Below, in pieces: positions 25,933 to 38,599 of a DNA stretch of 64,000 nt; within the stretch, counting starts at the first letter, position 1; each line of letters opens with the position of its first letter. The translations under genes and the position numbers were made by a program. This stretch comes from Eledone cirrhosa. Its lineage: Eukaryota. The notes beneath the pieces were generated by a model. It was not told the origin of the DNA and searched no databases. It saw only the letters and a program-made list of their open reading frames with translations. The DNA lies in contig OZ024744.1 of assembly GCA_964016885.1 (NCBI GenBank), positions 3,162,001 through 3,226,000 of the forward strand. Reading direction: 5' to 3'.

Positions 25933-28790
25933 CTTGGTGAAGAACGACGTTTTGAGGGAAGACAAGGTAGAGAAAGATAGCTTGGTGAAGAACGAAGTTT
26001 TGAGGGAAGACAGGATAGAGAAAGATAGCTTGGTGAATAACGAAGTTTTGGGAGAAGACAAGGTAGAGAAAGATAGCTTGGTGAAGAACGACGTTTTGAG
26101 GGAAGACAAGGTAGAGAAAGATAGCTTGGTGAAGAACGAAGTTTTGGGGAAGACAATGTAGAGAAAGATAGCTTGGTGAAGAACGAGGTTTTGAGGGGAA
26201 ACAAGGTAGAGAAAGATAGCTTGGTGAAGAACGAGGTTTTGAGGGGAAACAAGGTAGAGAAAGATAGCTTGGTGAAGAACGAAGTTTTGGGGGAAGACAA
26301 GGTAGAGAAAGATAGCTTGGTGAAGAACGAAGCTTTGAGGGAATACAAGGTAGAGAAAGATAGCTTGGTGAAGAACGAAGTTTTGAGGGAAGACAAGGTA
26401 GAGAAAGATAGCTTGGTGAAGAACGAAGTTTTGGGGGAAGACAAGGTAGAGAAAGATAGCTTGGTGAAGAAGGAAGTTTTGAGGGAAGACAAGGTAGAGA
26501 AAGATAGCTTGGTGAAGAACGAAGTTTTGGGGGAAGACAATGTAGAGAAAGATAGCTTGGTGAAGAACGAAGTTTTGAGGGACGACAAAGTAGAGAAAGA
26601 TAGCTTGGTGAAGAACGAAGTTTTGGGGGAAGACAAGGTAGAGAACGATAGCTTGATGAAGAAAGAAGTTTTGGGGGAAGACAAGGTAGAGAAAGATAGC
26701 TTGGTGAAGAACGAAGTTTTGAGGGAAGACAAGGTAGAGAAAGATAGCTTGGTGAAGAACGAAGTTTTGGGGGAAGACAAGGTAGAGAAAGATAGCTTGG
26801 TGAAGAACGAAGTTTTGGGGGAAGACAAGGTAGAGAAATATAGCTTGGTGAAGAACGAAGTTTTGTGGGAAGACAAGGTAGAGAAAGATAGCTTGTTGAA
26901 GAACGACGTTTTGAGGGAAGACAAGGTAGAGAAAGATAGCTTGGTGAAGAACGAAGTTTTGGGGGAAGACAAGGTAGAGAGTGATAGCTTGGTGAAGAAC
27001 GAACTTTTGAGGGAAGACAAGGTAGAGAAAGATAGCTTGGTGAAGAACGAAGTTTTGGGGGAAGACAAGGTAGAGAAAGATAGCTTGGTGAAGAACGAAG
27101 TTTTGAGGGAAGTCAAGGTAGAGACAGATAGCTTGGTGAAGAACGACATTTTGAGGGAAGACAAGGTAGAGAAAGATAGCTTGGTGAAGAACGACGTTTT
27201 GAGGGAAGACAAGGTAGAGAAAGATAGCTTGGTGAAGAACGAAGTTTTGAGGGAAGACAGGATAGAGAAAGATAGCTTGGTGAATAACGAAGTTTTGGGA
27301 GAAGACAAGGTAGAGAAAGATAGCTTGGTGAAGAACGACGTTTTGAGGGAAGACAAGGTAGAGAAAGCTAGCTTGGTGAAGAACGAAGTTTTGGGGAAGA
27401 CAATGTAGAGAAAGATAGCTTGGTGAAGAACGAAGTTTTGGGGGAAGACAAGGTAGAGAAAGATAGCTTGGTGAAGAACGAAGTTTTGAGGGAAGACAAG
27501 GTAGAGAAAGATAGCTTGGTGAATAACGAAGTTTTGGGGGAAGACAAGGTAGAAAAAGATAGCTTGGTGAAGAACGAAGTTTTGGGGGAAGACATGGTAG
27601 AGAAAGATAGCTTGGTGAAGAACGAAGTTTTGAGGGAAGACAAGGTAGAGAAAGATAGCTTGGTGAAGAACGACGTTTTGTGGGAAGACAAGGTAGAGAA
27701 ACATAGCTTGGTGAAGAACGAAGTTTTGGGGGAAGACAAGGTAGAGAAAGATAGCTTGGTGAAGAACGAAGTTTTGAGGGAAGACAAGGTAGAGAAAGAT
27801 AGCTTGGTGAAGAACGACGTTTTGAGGGAAGACAAGGTAGAGAAAGATAGCTTGGTGAAGAACGAAGTTTTGAGGGAAGACAGGATAGAGAAAGATAGCT
27901 TGGTGAATAACGAAGTTTTGGGAGAAGACAAGGTAGAGAAAGATAGCTTGGTGAAGAACGACGTTTTGAGGGAAGACAAGGTAGAGAAGGATAGCTTGTG
28001 AAGAACGAAGTTTTGAGGGAAGACAAGGTAGAGAAAGATAGCTTGGTGAAGAACGAGGTTTTGGGGAAGACAATGTAGAGAAAGATAGCTTGGTGAAGAA
28101 CGAAGTTTTGGGGGAAGACAAGGTAGAGAAAGATAGCTTGGTGAAGAACGAAGTTTTGAGGAAAGACAAGGTAGAGAAAGATAGCTTGGTGAATAACGAA
28201 GTTTTGGGAGAAGACAAGGTAGAGAAAGATAGTTGGTGAAGAACGAAGTTTTGAAGGAAGACAAGGCAGAGAAATATAGCTTGGTGAAGAACGAAGTTTT
28301 GAGGGAAGACAAGGTAGAGAAAGATAGCTTGGTGAAGAACGACGTTTTGTGTGAAGACAAGGTAGAGAAACATAGCTTGGTGAAGAACGAAGTTTTGGGG
28401 GAAGACAAGGTAGAGAAAGATAGCTTGGTGAAGAACGAAGTTTTGGGGGAAGACAAGGTAGAGAAAGATAGCTTGGTGAAGAACGACGTTTTGTGGGAAG
28501 AAAAGGTAGAGAAAGATAGCTTGGTGAAGAACGAAGTTTTGGGGGAAGACAAGGTAGAGAAAGATAGCTTGGTGAAGAACGAAGTATTGAGGGAAGACAA
28601 GGTAGAGAAAGATAGCTTGGTGAAGAACGACGTTTTGTGGGAAGAAAAGGTAGAGAAAGATAGCTTGGTGAAGAACGAAGTTTTGGGGGAAGACAAGGTA
28701 GAGAAAGATAGCTTGGTGAAGAACGACGTTTTGAGGGAAGACAAGGTAGAGAAAGATAGCTTGGTGAAGAACGACGTTTTGTGGGAAGAA
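23202..28790 (+). repeat. Tandem duplication, unit 2971 bp (62 monomers)
   Basis: Offsets 23202->26173, 24449->27420 and 25262->28233 are all 2971 (62x48-5). Confidence 0.9.
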
Positions 28791-31700
28791 AAGGTAGAGA
28801 AAGATAGCTTGGTGAAGAACGAAGTTTTGGGGGAAGACAAGGTAGAGAAAGATAGCTTGGTGAAGAACGAAGTATTGAGGGAAGACTAGGTAGAGAAAGA
28901 TAGCTTGGTGAAGAACGAAGTATTGAGGGAAGACAAGGTAGAGAAAGATAGCTTGGTGAAGAACGAAGTTTTGAGGGAAGACAAGGTAGAGAAAGATAGC
29001 TTGGTGAAGAACGACGTTTTGGGGGAAGACAAGGTAGAGAAAGATAGCTTGGTGAAGAACGAAGTTTTGAGGGAAGACAAGGTAGAGAAAGATAGCTTGG
29101 TGAAGAACGAAGTTTTGAGGGAAGACAAGGTAGAGAAAGATAGTTGGTGAAGAACGAAGTTTTGAGGGAAGACAAGGTAGAGAAAGATAGCTTGGTGAAG
29201 AACGAGGTTTTGAGGGGAAACAAGGTAGAGAAAGATAGCTTGGTGAAGAACGAAGTTTTGGGGGAAGACAAGGTAGAGAAAGATAGCTTGTTGAAGAACG
29301 ACGTTTTGAGGGAAGACAAGGTAGAGAAAGATAGCTTGGTGAAGAACGAAGTTTTGGGGGAAGACAAGGTAGAGAGTGATAGCTTGGTGAAGAACGAACT
29401 TTTGAGGGAAGACAAGGTAGAGAAAGATAGCTTGGTGAAGAACGAAGTTTTGGGGGAAGACAAGGTAGAGAAAGATAGCTTGGTGAAGAACGAAGTTTTG
29501 GGGGAAGACAAGGTAGAGAACGATAGCTTGGTGAAGAACGAAGTTTTGAGGGAAGACAAGGTAGAGAAAGATAGCTTGGTGACGAACGAAGTTTTGAGGG
29601 AAGTCAAGGTAGAGACAGATAGCTTGGTGAAGAACGACATTTTGAGGGAAGACAAGGTAGAGAAAGATAGCTTGGTGAAGAACGACGTTTTGAGGGAAGA
29701 CAAGGTAGAGAAAGATAGCTTGGTGAAGAACGAAGTTTTGAGGGAAGACAGGATAGAGAAAGATAGCTTGGTGAATAACGAAGTTTTGGGAGAAGACAAG
29801 GTAGAGAAAGATAGCTTGGTGAAGAACGACGTTTTGAGGGAAGACAAGGTAGAGAAAGATAGCTTGGTGAAGAACGAAGTTTTGGGGAAGACAATGTAGA
29901 GAAAGATAGCTTGGTGAAGAACGAGGTTTTGAGGGGAAACAAGGTAGAGAAAGATAGCTTGGTGAAGAACGAGGTTTTGAGGGGAAACAAGGTAGAGAAA
30001 GATAGCTTGGTGAAGAACGAAGTTTTGGGGGAAGACAAGGTAGAGAAAGATAGCTTGGTGAAGAACGAAGCTTTGAGGGAATACAAGGTAGAGAAAGATA
30101 GCTTGGTGAAGAACGAAGTTTTGAGGGAAGACAAGGTAGAGAAAGATAGCTTGGTGAAGAACGATGTTTTGGGGGAAGACAAGGTAGAGAAAGATAGCTT
30201 GGTGAAGAAGGAAGTTTTGAGGGAAGACAAGGTAGAGAAAGATATCTTGGTGAAGAACGAAGTTTTGGGGGAAGACAATGTAGAGAAAGATAGCTTGGTG
30301 AAGAACGAAGTTTTGAGGGACGACAAAGTAGAGAAAGATAGCTTGGTGAAGAACGAAGTTTTGGGGGAAGACAAGGTAGAGAACGATAGCTTGATGAAGA
30401 AAGAAGTTTTGGGGGAAGACAAGGTAGAGAAAGATAGCTTGGTGAAGAACGAAGTTTTGAGGGAAGACAAGGTAGAGAAAGATAGCTTGGTGAAGAACGA
30501 AGTTTTGGGGGAAGACAAGGTAGAGAAAGATAGCTTGGTGAAGAACGAAGTTTTGGGGGAAGACAAGGTAGAGAAATATAGCTTGGTGAAGAACGAAGTT
30601 TTGTGGGAAGACAAGGTAGAGAAAGATAGCTTGTTGAAGAACGACGTTTTGAGGGAAGACAAGGTAGAGAAAGATAGCTTGGTGAAGAATGAAGTTTTGG
30701 GGGAAGACAAGGTAGAGAGTGATAGCTTGGTGAAGAACGAACTTTTGAGGGAAGACAAGGTAGAGAAAGATAGCTTGGTGAAGAACGAAGTTTTGGGGGA
30801 AGACAAGGTAGAGAAAGATAGCTTGGTGAAGAACGAAGTTTTGAGGGAAGTCAAGGTAGAGACAGATAGCTTGGTGAAGAACGACATTTTGAGGGAAGAC
30901 AAGGTAGAGAAAGATAGCTTGGTGAAGAACGACGTTTTGAGGGAAGACAAGGTAGAGAAAGATAGCTTGGTGAAGAACGAAGTTTTGAGGGAAGACAGGA
31001 TAGAGAAAGATAGCTTGGTGAATAACGAAGTTTTGGGAGAAGACAAGGTAGAGAAAGATAGCTTGGTGAAGAACGACGTTTTGAGGGAAGACAAGGTAGA
31101 GAAAGATAGCTTGGTGAAGAACGAAGTTTTGGGGAAGACAATGTAGAGAAAGATAGCTTGGTGAAGAACGAAGTTTTGGGGGAAGACAAGGTAGAGAAAG
31201 ATAGCTTGGTGAAGAACGAAGTTTTGAGGGAAGACAAGGTAGAGAAAGATAGCTTGGTGAATAACGAAGTTTTGGGGGAAGACAAGGTAGAGAAAGATAG
31301 CTTGGTGAAGAACGAAGTTTTGAGGGAAGACAAGGTAGAGAAAGATAGCTTGGTGAAGAACGACGTTTTGAGGGAAGACAAGGTAGAGAAAGATAGCTTG
31401 GTGAAGAACGAAGTTTTGAGGGAAGACAGGATAGAGAAAGATAGCTTGGTGAATAACGAAGTTTTGGAAGAAGACAAGGTAGAGAAAGATAGCTTGGTGA
31501 AGAACGACGTTTTGAGGGAAGACAAGGTAGAGAAGGATAGCTTGTGAAGAACGAAGTTTTGAGGGAAGACAAGGTAGAGAAAGATAGCTTGGTGAAGAAC
31601 GAGGTTTTGGGGAAGACAATGTAGAGAAAGATAGCTTGGTGAAGAACGAAGTTTTGGGGGAAGACAAGGTAGAGAAAGATAGCTTGGTGAAGAACGAAGT

Positions 31701-32830
31701 TTTGAGGAAAGACAAGGTAGAGAAAGATAGCTTGGTGAATAACGAAGTTTTGGGAGAAGACAAGGTAGAGAAAGATAGTTGGTGAAGAACGAAGTTTTGA
31801 AGGAAGACAAGGCAGAGAAATATAGCTTGGTGAAGAACGAAGTTTTGAGGGAAGACAAGGTAGAGAAAGATAGCTTGGTGAAGAACGACGTTTTGTGGGA
31901 AGACAAGGTAGAGAAACATAGCTTGGTGAAGAACGAAGTTTTGGGGGAAGACAAGGTAGAGAAAGATAGCTTGGTGAAGAACGAAGTTTTGGGGGAAGAC
32001 AAGGTAGAGAAAGATAGCTTGGTGAAGAACGACGTTTTGTGGGAAGAAAAGGTAGAGAAAGATAGCTTGGTGAAGAACGAAGTTTTGGGGGAAGACAAGG
32101 TAGAGAAAGATAGCTTGGTGAAGAACGAAGTATTGAGGGAAGACAAGGTAGAGAAAGATAGCTTGGTGAAGAACGACGTTTTGTGGGAAGAAAAGGTAGA
32201 GAAAGATAGCTTGGTGAAGAACGAAGTTTTGGGGGAAGACAAGGTAGAGAAAGATAGCTTGGTGAAGAACGACGTTTTGAGGGAAGACAAGGTAGAGAAA
32301 GATAGCTTGGTGAAGAACGACGTTTTGTGGGAAGAAAAGGTAGAGAAAGATAGCTTGGTGAAGAACGAAGTTTTGGGGGAAGACAAGGTAGAGAAAGATA
32401 GCTTGGTGAAGAACGAAGTATTGAGGGAAGACTAGGTAGAGAAAGATAGCTTGGTGAAGAACGAAGTATTGAGGGAAGACAAGGTAGAGAAAGATAGCTT
32501 GGTGAAGAACGAAGTTTTGAGGGAAGACAAGGTAGAGAAAGATAGCTTGGTGAAGAACGACGTTTTGGGGGAAGACAAGGTAGAGAAAGATAGCTTGGTG
32601 AAGAACGAAGTTTTGAGGGAAGACAAGGTAGAGAAAGATAGCTTGGTGAAGAACGAAGTTTTGAGGGAAGACAAGGTAGAGAAAGATAGTTGGTGAAGAA
32701 CGAAGTTTTGAGGGAAGACAAGGTAGAGAAAGATAGCTTGGTGAAGAACGAGGTTTTGAGGGGAAACAAGGTAGAGAAAGATAGCTTGGTGAAGAACGAA
32801 GTTTTGGGGGAAGACAACGTAGAGAAAGAT
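26173..32830 (+). repeat. Tandem duplication, unit 3738 bp, with a 192-bp (4-monomer) deletion in the second copy
   Basis: Offsets 26173->29911 and 27420->31158 are 3738. After the deletion, 28233->31779, 28905->32451 and 29144->32690 are 3546. The stop variant GACTAG occurs in both copies (near 28887 and 32433). Confidence 0.87.
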
Positions 32831-33249
32831 AGCTTGGTGAAGAACGAAGCTTTGAGGGAATACAAGGTAGAGAAAGATAGCTTGGTGAAGAACGAAGTTT
32901 TGAGGGAAGACAAGGTAGAGAAAGATAGCTTGGTGAAGAACGAAGTTTTGGGGGAAGACAAGGTAGAGAAAGATAGCTTGGTGAAGAACGAAGTTTTGAG
33001 GGAAGACAAGGTAGAGAAAGATAGCTTGGTGAAGAACGAAGTTTTGGGGGAAGACAATGTAGAGAAAGATAGCTTGGTGAAGAACGAAGTTTTGAGGGAC
33101 GACAAAGTAGAGAAAGATAGCTTGGTGAAGAACGAAGTTTTGGGGGAAGACAAGGTAGAGAACGATAGCTTGATGAAGAAAGAAGTTTTGGGGGAAGACA
33201 AGGTAGAGAAAGATAGCTTGGTGAAGAACGAAGTTTTGAGGGAAGACAA

Positions 33250-36200
33250 GGTAGAGAAAGATAGCTTGGTGAAGAACGAAGTTTTGGGGGAAGACAAGGT
33301 AGAGAAAGATAGCTTGGTGAAGAACGAAGTTTTGGGGGAAGACAAGGTAGAGAAATATAGCTTGGTGAAGAACGAAGTTTTGTGGGAAGACAAGGTAGAG
33401 AAAGATAGCTTGTTGAAGAACGACGTTTTGAGGGAAGACAAGGTAGAGAAAGATAGTTTGTTGAAGAACGAAGTTTTGGGGGAAGACAAGGTAGAGAGTG
33501 ATAGCTTGGTGAAGAACGAACTTTTGAGGGAAGACAAGGTAGAGAAAGATAGCTTGGTGAAGAACGAAGTTTTGGGGGAAGACAAGGTAGAGAAGGATAG
33601 CTTGGTGAAGAACGAAGTTTTGGGGGAAGACAAGGTAGAGAACGATAGCTTGGTGAAGAACGAAGTTTTGAGGGAAGACAAGGTAGAGAAAGATAGCTTG
33701 GTGACGAACGAAGTTTTGAGGGAAGTCAAGGTAGAGACAGATAGCTTGGTGAAGAACGACATTTTGAGGGAAGACAAGGTAGAGAAAGATAGCTTGGTGA
33801 AGAACGACGTTTTGAGGGAAGACAAGGTAGAGAAAGATAGCTTGGTGAAGAACGAAGTTTTGAGGGAAGACAGGATAGAGAAAGATAGCTTGGTGAATAA
33901 CGAAGTTTTGGGAGAAGACAAGGTAGAGAAAGATAGCTTGGTGAAGAACGACGTTTTGAGGGAAGACAAGGTAGAGAAAGATAGCTTGGTGAAGAACGAA
34001 GTTTTGGGGAAGACAATGTAGAGAAAGATAGCTTGGTGAAGAACGAAGTTTTGGGGGAAGACAAGGTAGAGAAAGATAGCTTGGTGAAGAACGAAGTTTT
34101 GAGGGAAGACAAGGTAGAGAAAGATAGCTTGGTGAATAACGAAGTTTTGGGAGAAGACAAGGTAGAGAAAGATAGTTGGTGAAGAACGAAGTTTTGAAGG
34201 AAGACAAGGCAGAGAAAGATAGCTTGGTGAAGAACGAAGTTTTGAGGGAAGACAAGGTAGAGAAAGATAGCTTGGTGAAGAACGACGTTTTGTGGGAAGA
34301 CAAGGTAGAGAAAGATAGCTTGGTGAAGAACGAAGTTTTGGGGGAAGACAAGGTAGAGAAAGATAGCTTGGTGAAGAACGAAGTTTTGGGGGAAGACAAG
34401 GTAGAGAAAGATAGCTTGGTGAAGAACGAAGTTTTGAGGGAAGACAAGGTAGAGAAAGATAGCTTGGTGAATAACGAAGTTTTGGGAGAAGACAAGGTGG
34501 AGAAAGATAGCTTGGTGAAGAACGAAGTTTTGAGGGAAGACAAAGTAGAGAAGGATAGCTTGGTGAAGAACGACGTTTTGTGGGAAGACAAGGTAGAGAA
34601 AGATAGCTTGGTGAAGAACGAAGTTTTGGGGGAAGACAAGGTAGAGAAAGATAGCTTGGTGAAGAACGAAGTTTTGGGGGAAGACAAGGTGGAGAAAGAT
34701 AGCTTGGTGAAGAACGAAGTTTTGGGGAAGACAATGTAGAGAAAGATAGCTTGGTGAAGAACGACGTTTTGAGGGAAGACAAGGTAGAGAAAGATAGCTT
34801 GGTGAAGAACGAAGTTTTGGGGGAAGACAAGGTAGAGAGAGATAGCTTGGTGAAGAACGAAGTTTTGAGGGAAGACAAGGTAGAGAAAGATAGCTTGGTG
34901 AAGAACGACGTTTTGTGGGAAGACAAGGTAGAGAAAGATAGCTTGGTGAAGAACGAAGTTTTGGGGGAAGACAAGGTAGAGAAAGATAGCTTGGTGAAGA
35001 ACGAAGTTTTGGGGAAGACAATGTAGAGAAAGATAGCTTGGTGAAGAACGAAGATTTGGGGTAAGACAAGGTAGAGAAAGATAGCTTGGTGAAGAACGAA
35101 GTTTTGGGAGGAGACAAGGTAGAGAAAGATAGCTTGGTGAAGAACGAAGTTTTGAGGGAAGACAAGGTAGAGAAAGATAGCTTGGTGAAGAACGACGTTT
35201 TGAGGGAAGACAAGGTAGAGAAAGATAGCTTGGTGAAGAACGACGTTTTGTGGGAAGACAAGGTAGAGAAAGATAGCTTGGTGAAGAACGGAGTTTTGGG
35301 GGAAGACAAGGTAGAGAAAGATAGCTTGGTGAAGAACGAAGTTTTGGGGGAAGACAAGGTAGAGAGAGATAGCTTGGTGAAGAACGAAGTTTTGTGGAAG
35401 ACAATGTAGAGAAAGATAGCTTGGTGAAGAACGAAGTTTTGGGGGACGACAAGGTAGAGAAAGATAGCTTGGTGAAGAACGAAGTTTTGAGGGAAGACGA
35501 GGTAGAGAAAGATAGCTTGGTGAAGAACGAAGTTTTGGGGGAAGACAAGGTAGAGAAAGATAGCTTGGTGAAGAACGAAGTTTTGGGGGAAGACAAGGTA
35601 GAGAAATATAGCTTGGTGAAGAACGAAGTTTTGGGGGAAGACAAGGTAGAGAAAGATAGCTTGGTGAAGAACGAAGTTTTGGGGGAAGACAAGGTAGAGA
35701 AATATAGCTTGGTGAAGAACGAAGTTTTGTGGGAAGACAAGGTAGAGAAAGATAGCTTGTTGAAGAACGACGTTTTGAGGGAAGACAAGGTAGAGAAAGA
35801 TAGCTTGGTGAAGAACGAAGTTTTGGGGGAAGACAAGGTAGAGAGTGATAGCTTGGTGAAGAACGAACTTTTGAGGGAAGACAAGGTAGAGAAAGATAGC
35901 TTGGTGAAGAACGAAGTTTTGGGGGAAGACAAGGTAGAGAAGGATAGCTTGGTGAAGAACGAAGTTTTGGGGGAAGACAAGGTAGAGAACGATAGCTTGG
36001 TGAAGAACGAAGTTTTGAGGGAAGACAAGGTAGAGAAAGATAGCTTGGTGACGAACGAAGTTTTGAGGGAAGTCAAGGTAGAGACAGATAGCTTGGTGAA
36101 GAACGACATTTTGAGGGAAGACAAGGTAGAGAAAGATAGCTTGGTGAAGAACGACGTTTTGAGGGAAGACAAGGTAGAGAAAGATAGCTTGGTGAAGAAC

Positions 36201-37943
36201 GAAGTTTTGAGGGAAGACAGGATAGAGAAAGATAGCTTGGTGAATAACGAAGTTTTGGGAGAAGACAAGGTAGAGAAAGATAGCTTGGTGAAGAACGACG
36301 TTTTGAGGGAAGACAAGGTAGAGAAAGATAGCTTGGTGAAGAACGAAGTTTTGGGGAAGACAATGTAGAGAAAGATAGCTTGGTGAAGAACGAAGTTTTG
36401 GGGGAAGACAAGGTAGAGAAAGATAGCTTGGTGAAGAACGAAGTTTTGAGGGAAGACAAGGTAGAGAAAGATAGCTTGGTGAATAACGAAGTTTTGGGAG
36501 AAGACAAGGTAGAGAAAGATAGTTGGTGAAGAACGAAGTTTTGAAGGAAGACAAGGCAGAGAAAGATAGCTTGGTGAAGAACGAAGTTTTGAGGGAAGAC
36601 AAGGTAGAGAAAGATAGCTTGGTGAAGAACGACGTTTTGTGGGAAGACAAGGTAGAGAAAGATAGCTTGGTGAAGAACGAAGTTTTGGGGGAAGACAAGG
36701 TAGAGAAAGATAGCTTGGTGAAGAACGAAGTTTTGGGGGAAGACAAGGTAGAGAAAGATAGCTTGGTGAAGAACGAAGTTTTGAGGGAAGACAAGGTAGA
36801 GAAAGATAGCTTGGTGAATAACGAAGTTTTGGGAGAAGACAAGGTGGAGAAAGATAGCTTGGTGAAGAACGAAGTTTTGAGGGAAGACAAAGTAGAGAAG
36901 GATAGCTTGGTGAAGAACGACGTTTTGTGGGAAGACAAGGTAGAGAAAGATAGCTTGGTGAAGAACGAAGTTTTGGGGGAAGACAAGGTAGAGAAAGATA
37001 GCTTGGTGAAGAACGAAGTTTTGGGGGAAGACAAGGTGGAGAAAGATAGCTTGGTGAAGAACGAAGTTTTGGGGAAGACAATGTAGAGAAAGATAGCTTG
37101 GTGAAGAACGACGTTTTGAGGGAAGACAAGGTAGAGAAAGATAGCTTGGTGAAGAACGAAGTTTTGGGGGAAGACAAGGTAGAGAGAGATAGCTTGGTGA
37201 AGAACGAAGTTTTGAGGGAAGACAAGGTAGAGAAAGATAGCTTGGTGAAGAACGACGTTTTGTGGGAAGACAAGGTAGAGAAAGATAGCTTGGTGAAGAA
37301 CGAAGTTTTGGGGGAAGACAAGGTAGAGAAAGATAGCTTGGTGAAGAACGAAGTTTTGGGGAAGACAATGTAGAGAAAGATAGCTTGGTGAAGAACGAAG
37401 ATTTGGGGTAAGACAAGGTAGAGAAAGATAGCTTGGTGAAGAACGAAGTTTTGGGAGGAGACAAGGTAGAGAAAGATAGCTTGGTGAAGAACGAAGTTTT
37501 GAGGGAAGACAAGGTAGAGAAAGATAGCTTGGTGAAGAACGACGTTTTGAGGGAAGACAAGGTAGAGAAAGATAGCTTGGTGAAGAACGACGTTTTGTGG
37601 GAAGACAAGGTAGAGAAAGATAGCTTGGTGAAGAACGGAGTTTTGGGGGAAGACAAGGTAGAGAAAGATAGCTTGGTGAAGAACGAAGTTTTGGGGGAAG
37701 ACAAGGTAGAGAGAGATAGCTTGGTGAAGAACGAAGTTTTGTGGAAGACAATGTAGAGAAAGATAGCTTGGTGAAGAACGAAGTTTTGGGGGACGACAAG
37801 GTAGAGAAAGATAGCTTGGTGAAGAACGAAGTTTTGAGGGAAGACGAGGTAGAGAAAGATAGCTTGGTGAAGAACGAAGTTTTGGGGGAAGACAAGGTAG
37901 AGAAAGATAGCTTGGTGAAGAACGAAGTTTTGGGGGAAGACAA
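33250..37943 (+). repeat. Tandem duplication, unit 2347 bp (49 monomers)
   Basis: Offsets 34176->36523, 34751->37098, 35086->37433, 35394->37741 and GAGAGTG 33494->35841 are all 2347 (49x48-5). Ends are approximate. Confidence 0.9.
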
Positions 37944-38599
37944 GGTAGAGAAATATAGCTTGGTGAAGAACGAAGTTTTGTGGGAAGACAAGGTAGAGAA
38001 AGATAGCTTGTTGAAGAACGACGTTTTGAGGGAAGACAAGGTAGAGAAAGATAGCTTGGTGAAGAACGAAGTTTTGGGGGAAGACAAGGTAGAGAGAGAT
38101 AGCTTGGTGAAGAACGAAGTTTTGAGGGAAGACAAGGTAGAGAAAGATAGCTTGGTGAAGAACGAAGTTTTGGGGGAAGACAAGGTAGAGAAAGATAGCT
38201 TGGTGAAGAACGAAGTTTTGAGGGAAGTCAAGGTAGAGACAGATAGCTTGGTGAAGAACGACATTTTGAGGGAAGACAAGGTAGAGAAAGATAGCTTGGT
38301 GAAGAACGACGTTTTGAGGGAAGACAAGGTAGAGAAAGATAGCTTGGTGAAGAACGAAGTTTTGAGGGAAGACAGGATAGAGAAAGATAGCTTGGTGAAT
38401 AACGAAGTTTTGGGAGAAGACAAGGTAGAGAAAGATAGCTTGGTGAAGAACGACGTTTTGAGGGAAGACAAGGTAGAGAAAGATAGCTTGGTGAAGAACG
38501 AAGTTTTGGGGAAGACAATGTAGAGAAAGATAGCTTGGTGAAGAACGAAGTTTTGGGGGAAGACAAGGTAGAGAAAGATAGCTTGGTGAAGAACGAATT

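Noticed and set aside
24142-34974. Giant minus-strand ORFs (3610, 3424, 3259 aa and others)
   Set aside because: The monomer has no stop in any minus frame, so ORFs read through indels and cycle among three unrelated repeat peptides. They overlap in all frames and contain no unique domain.
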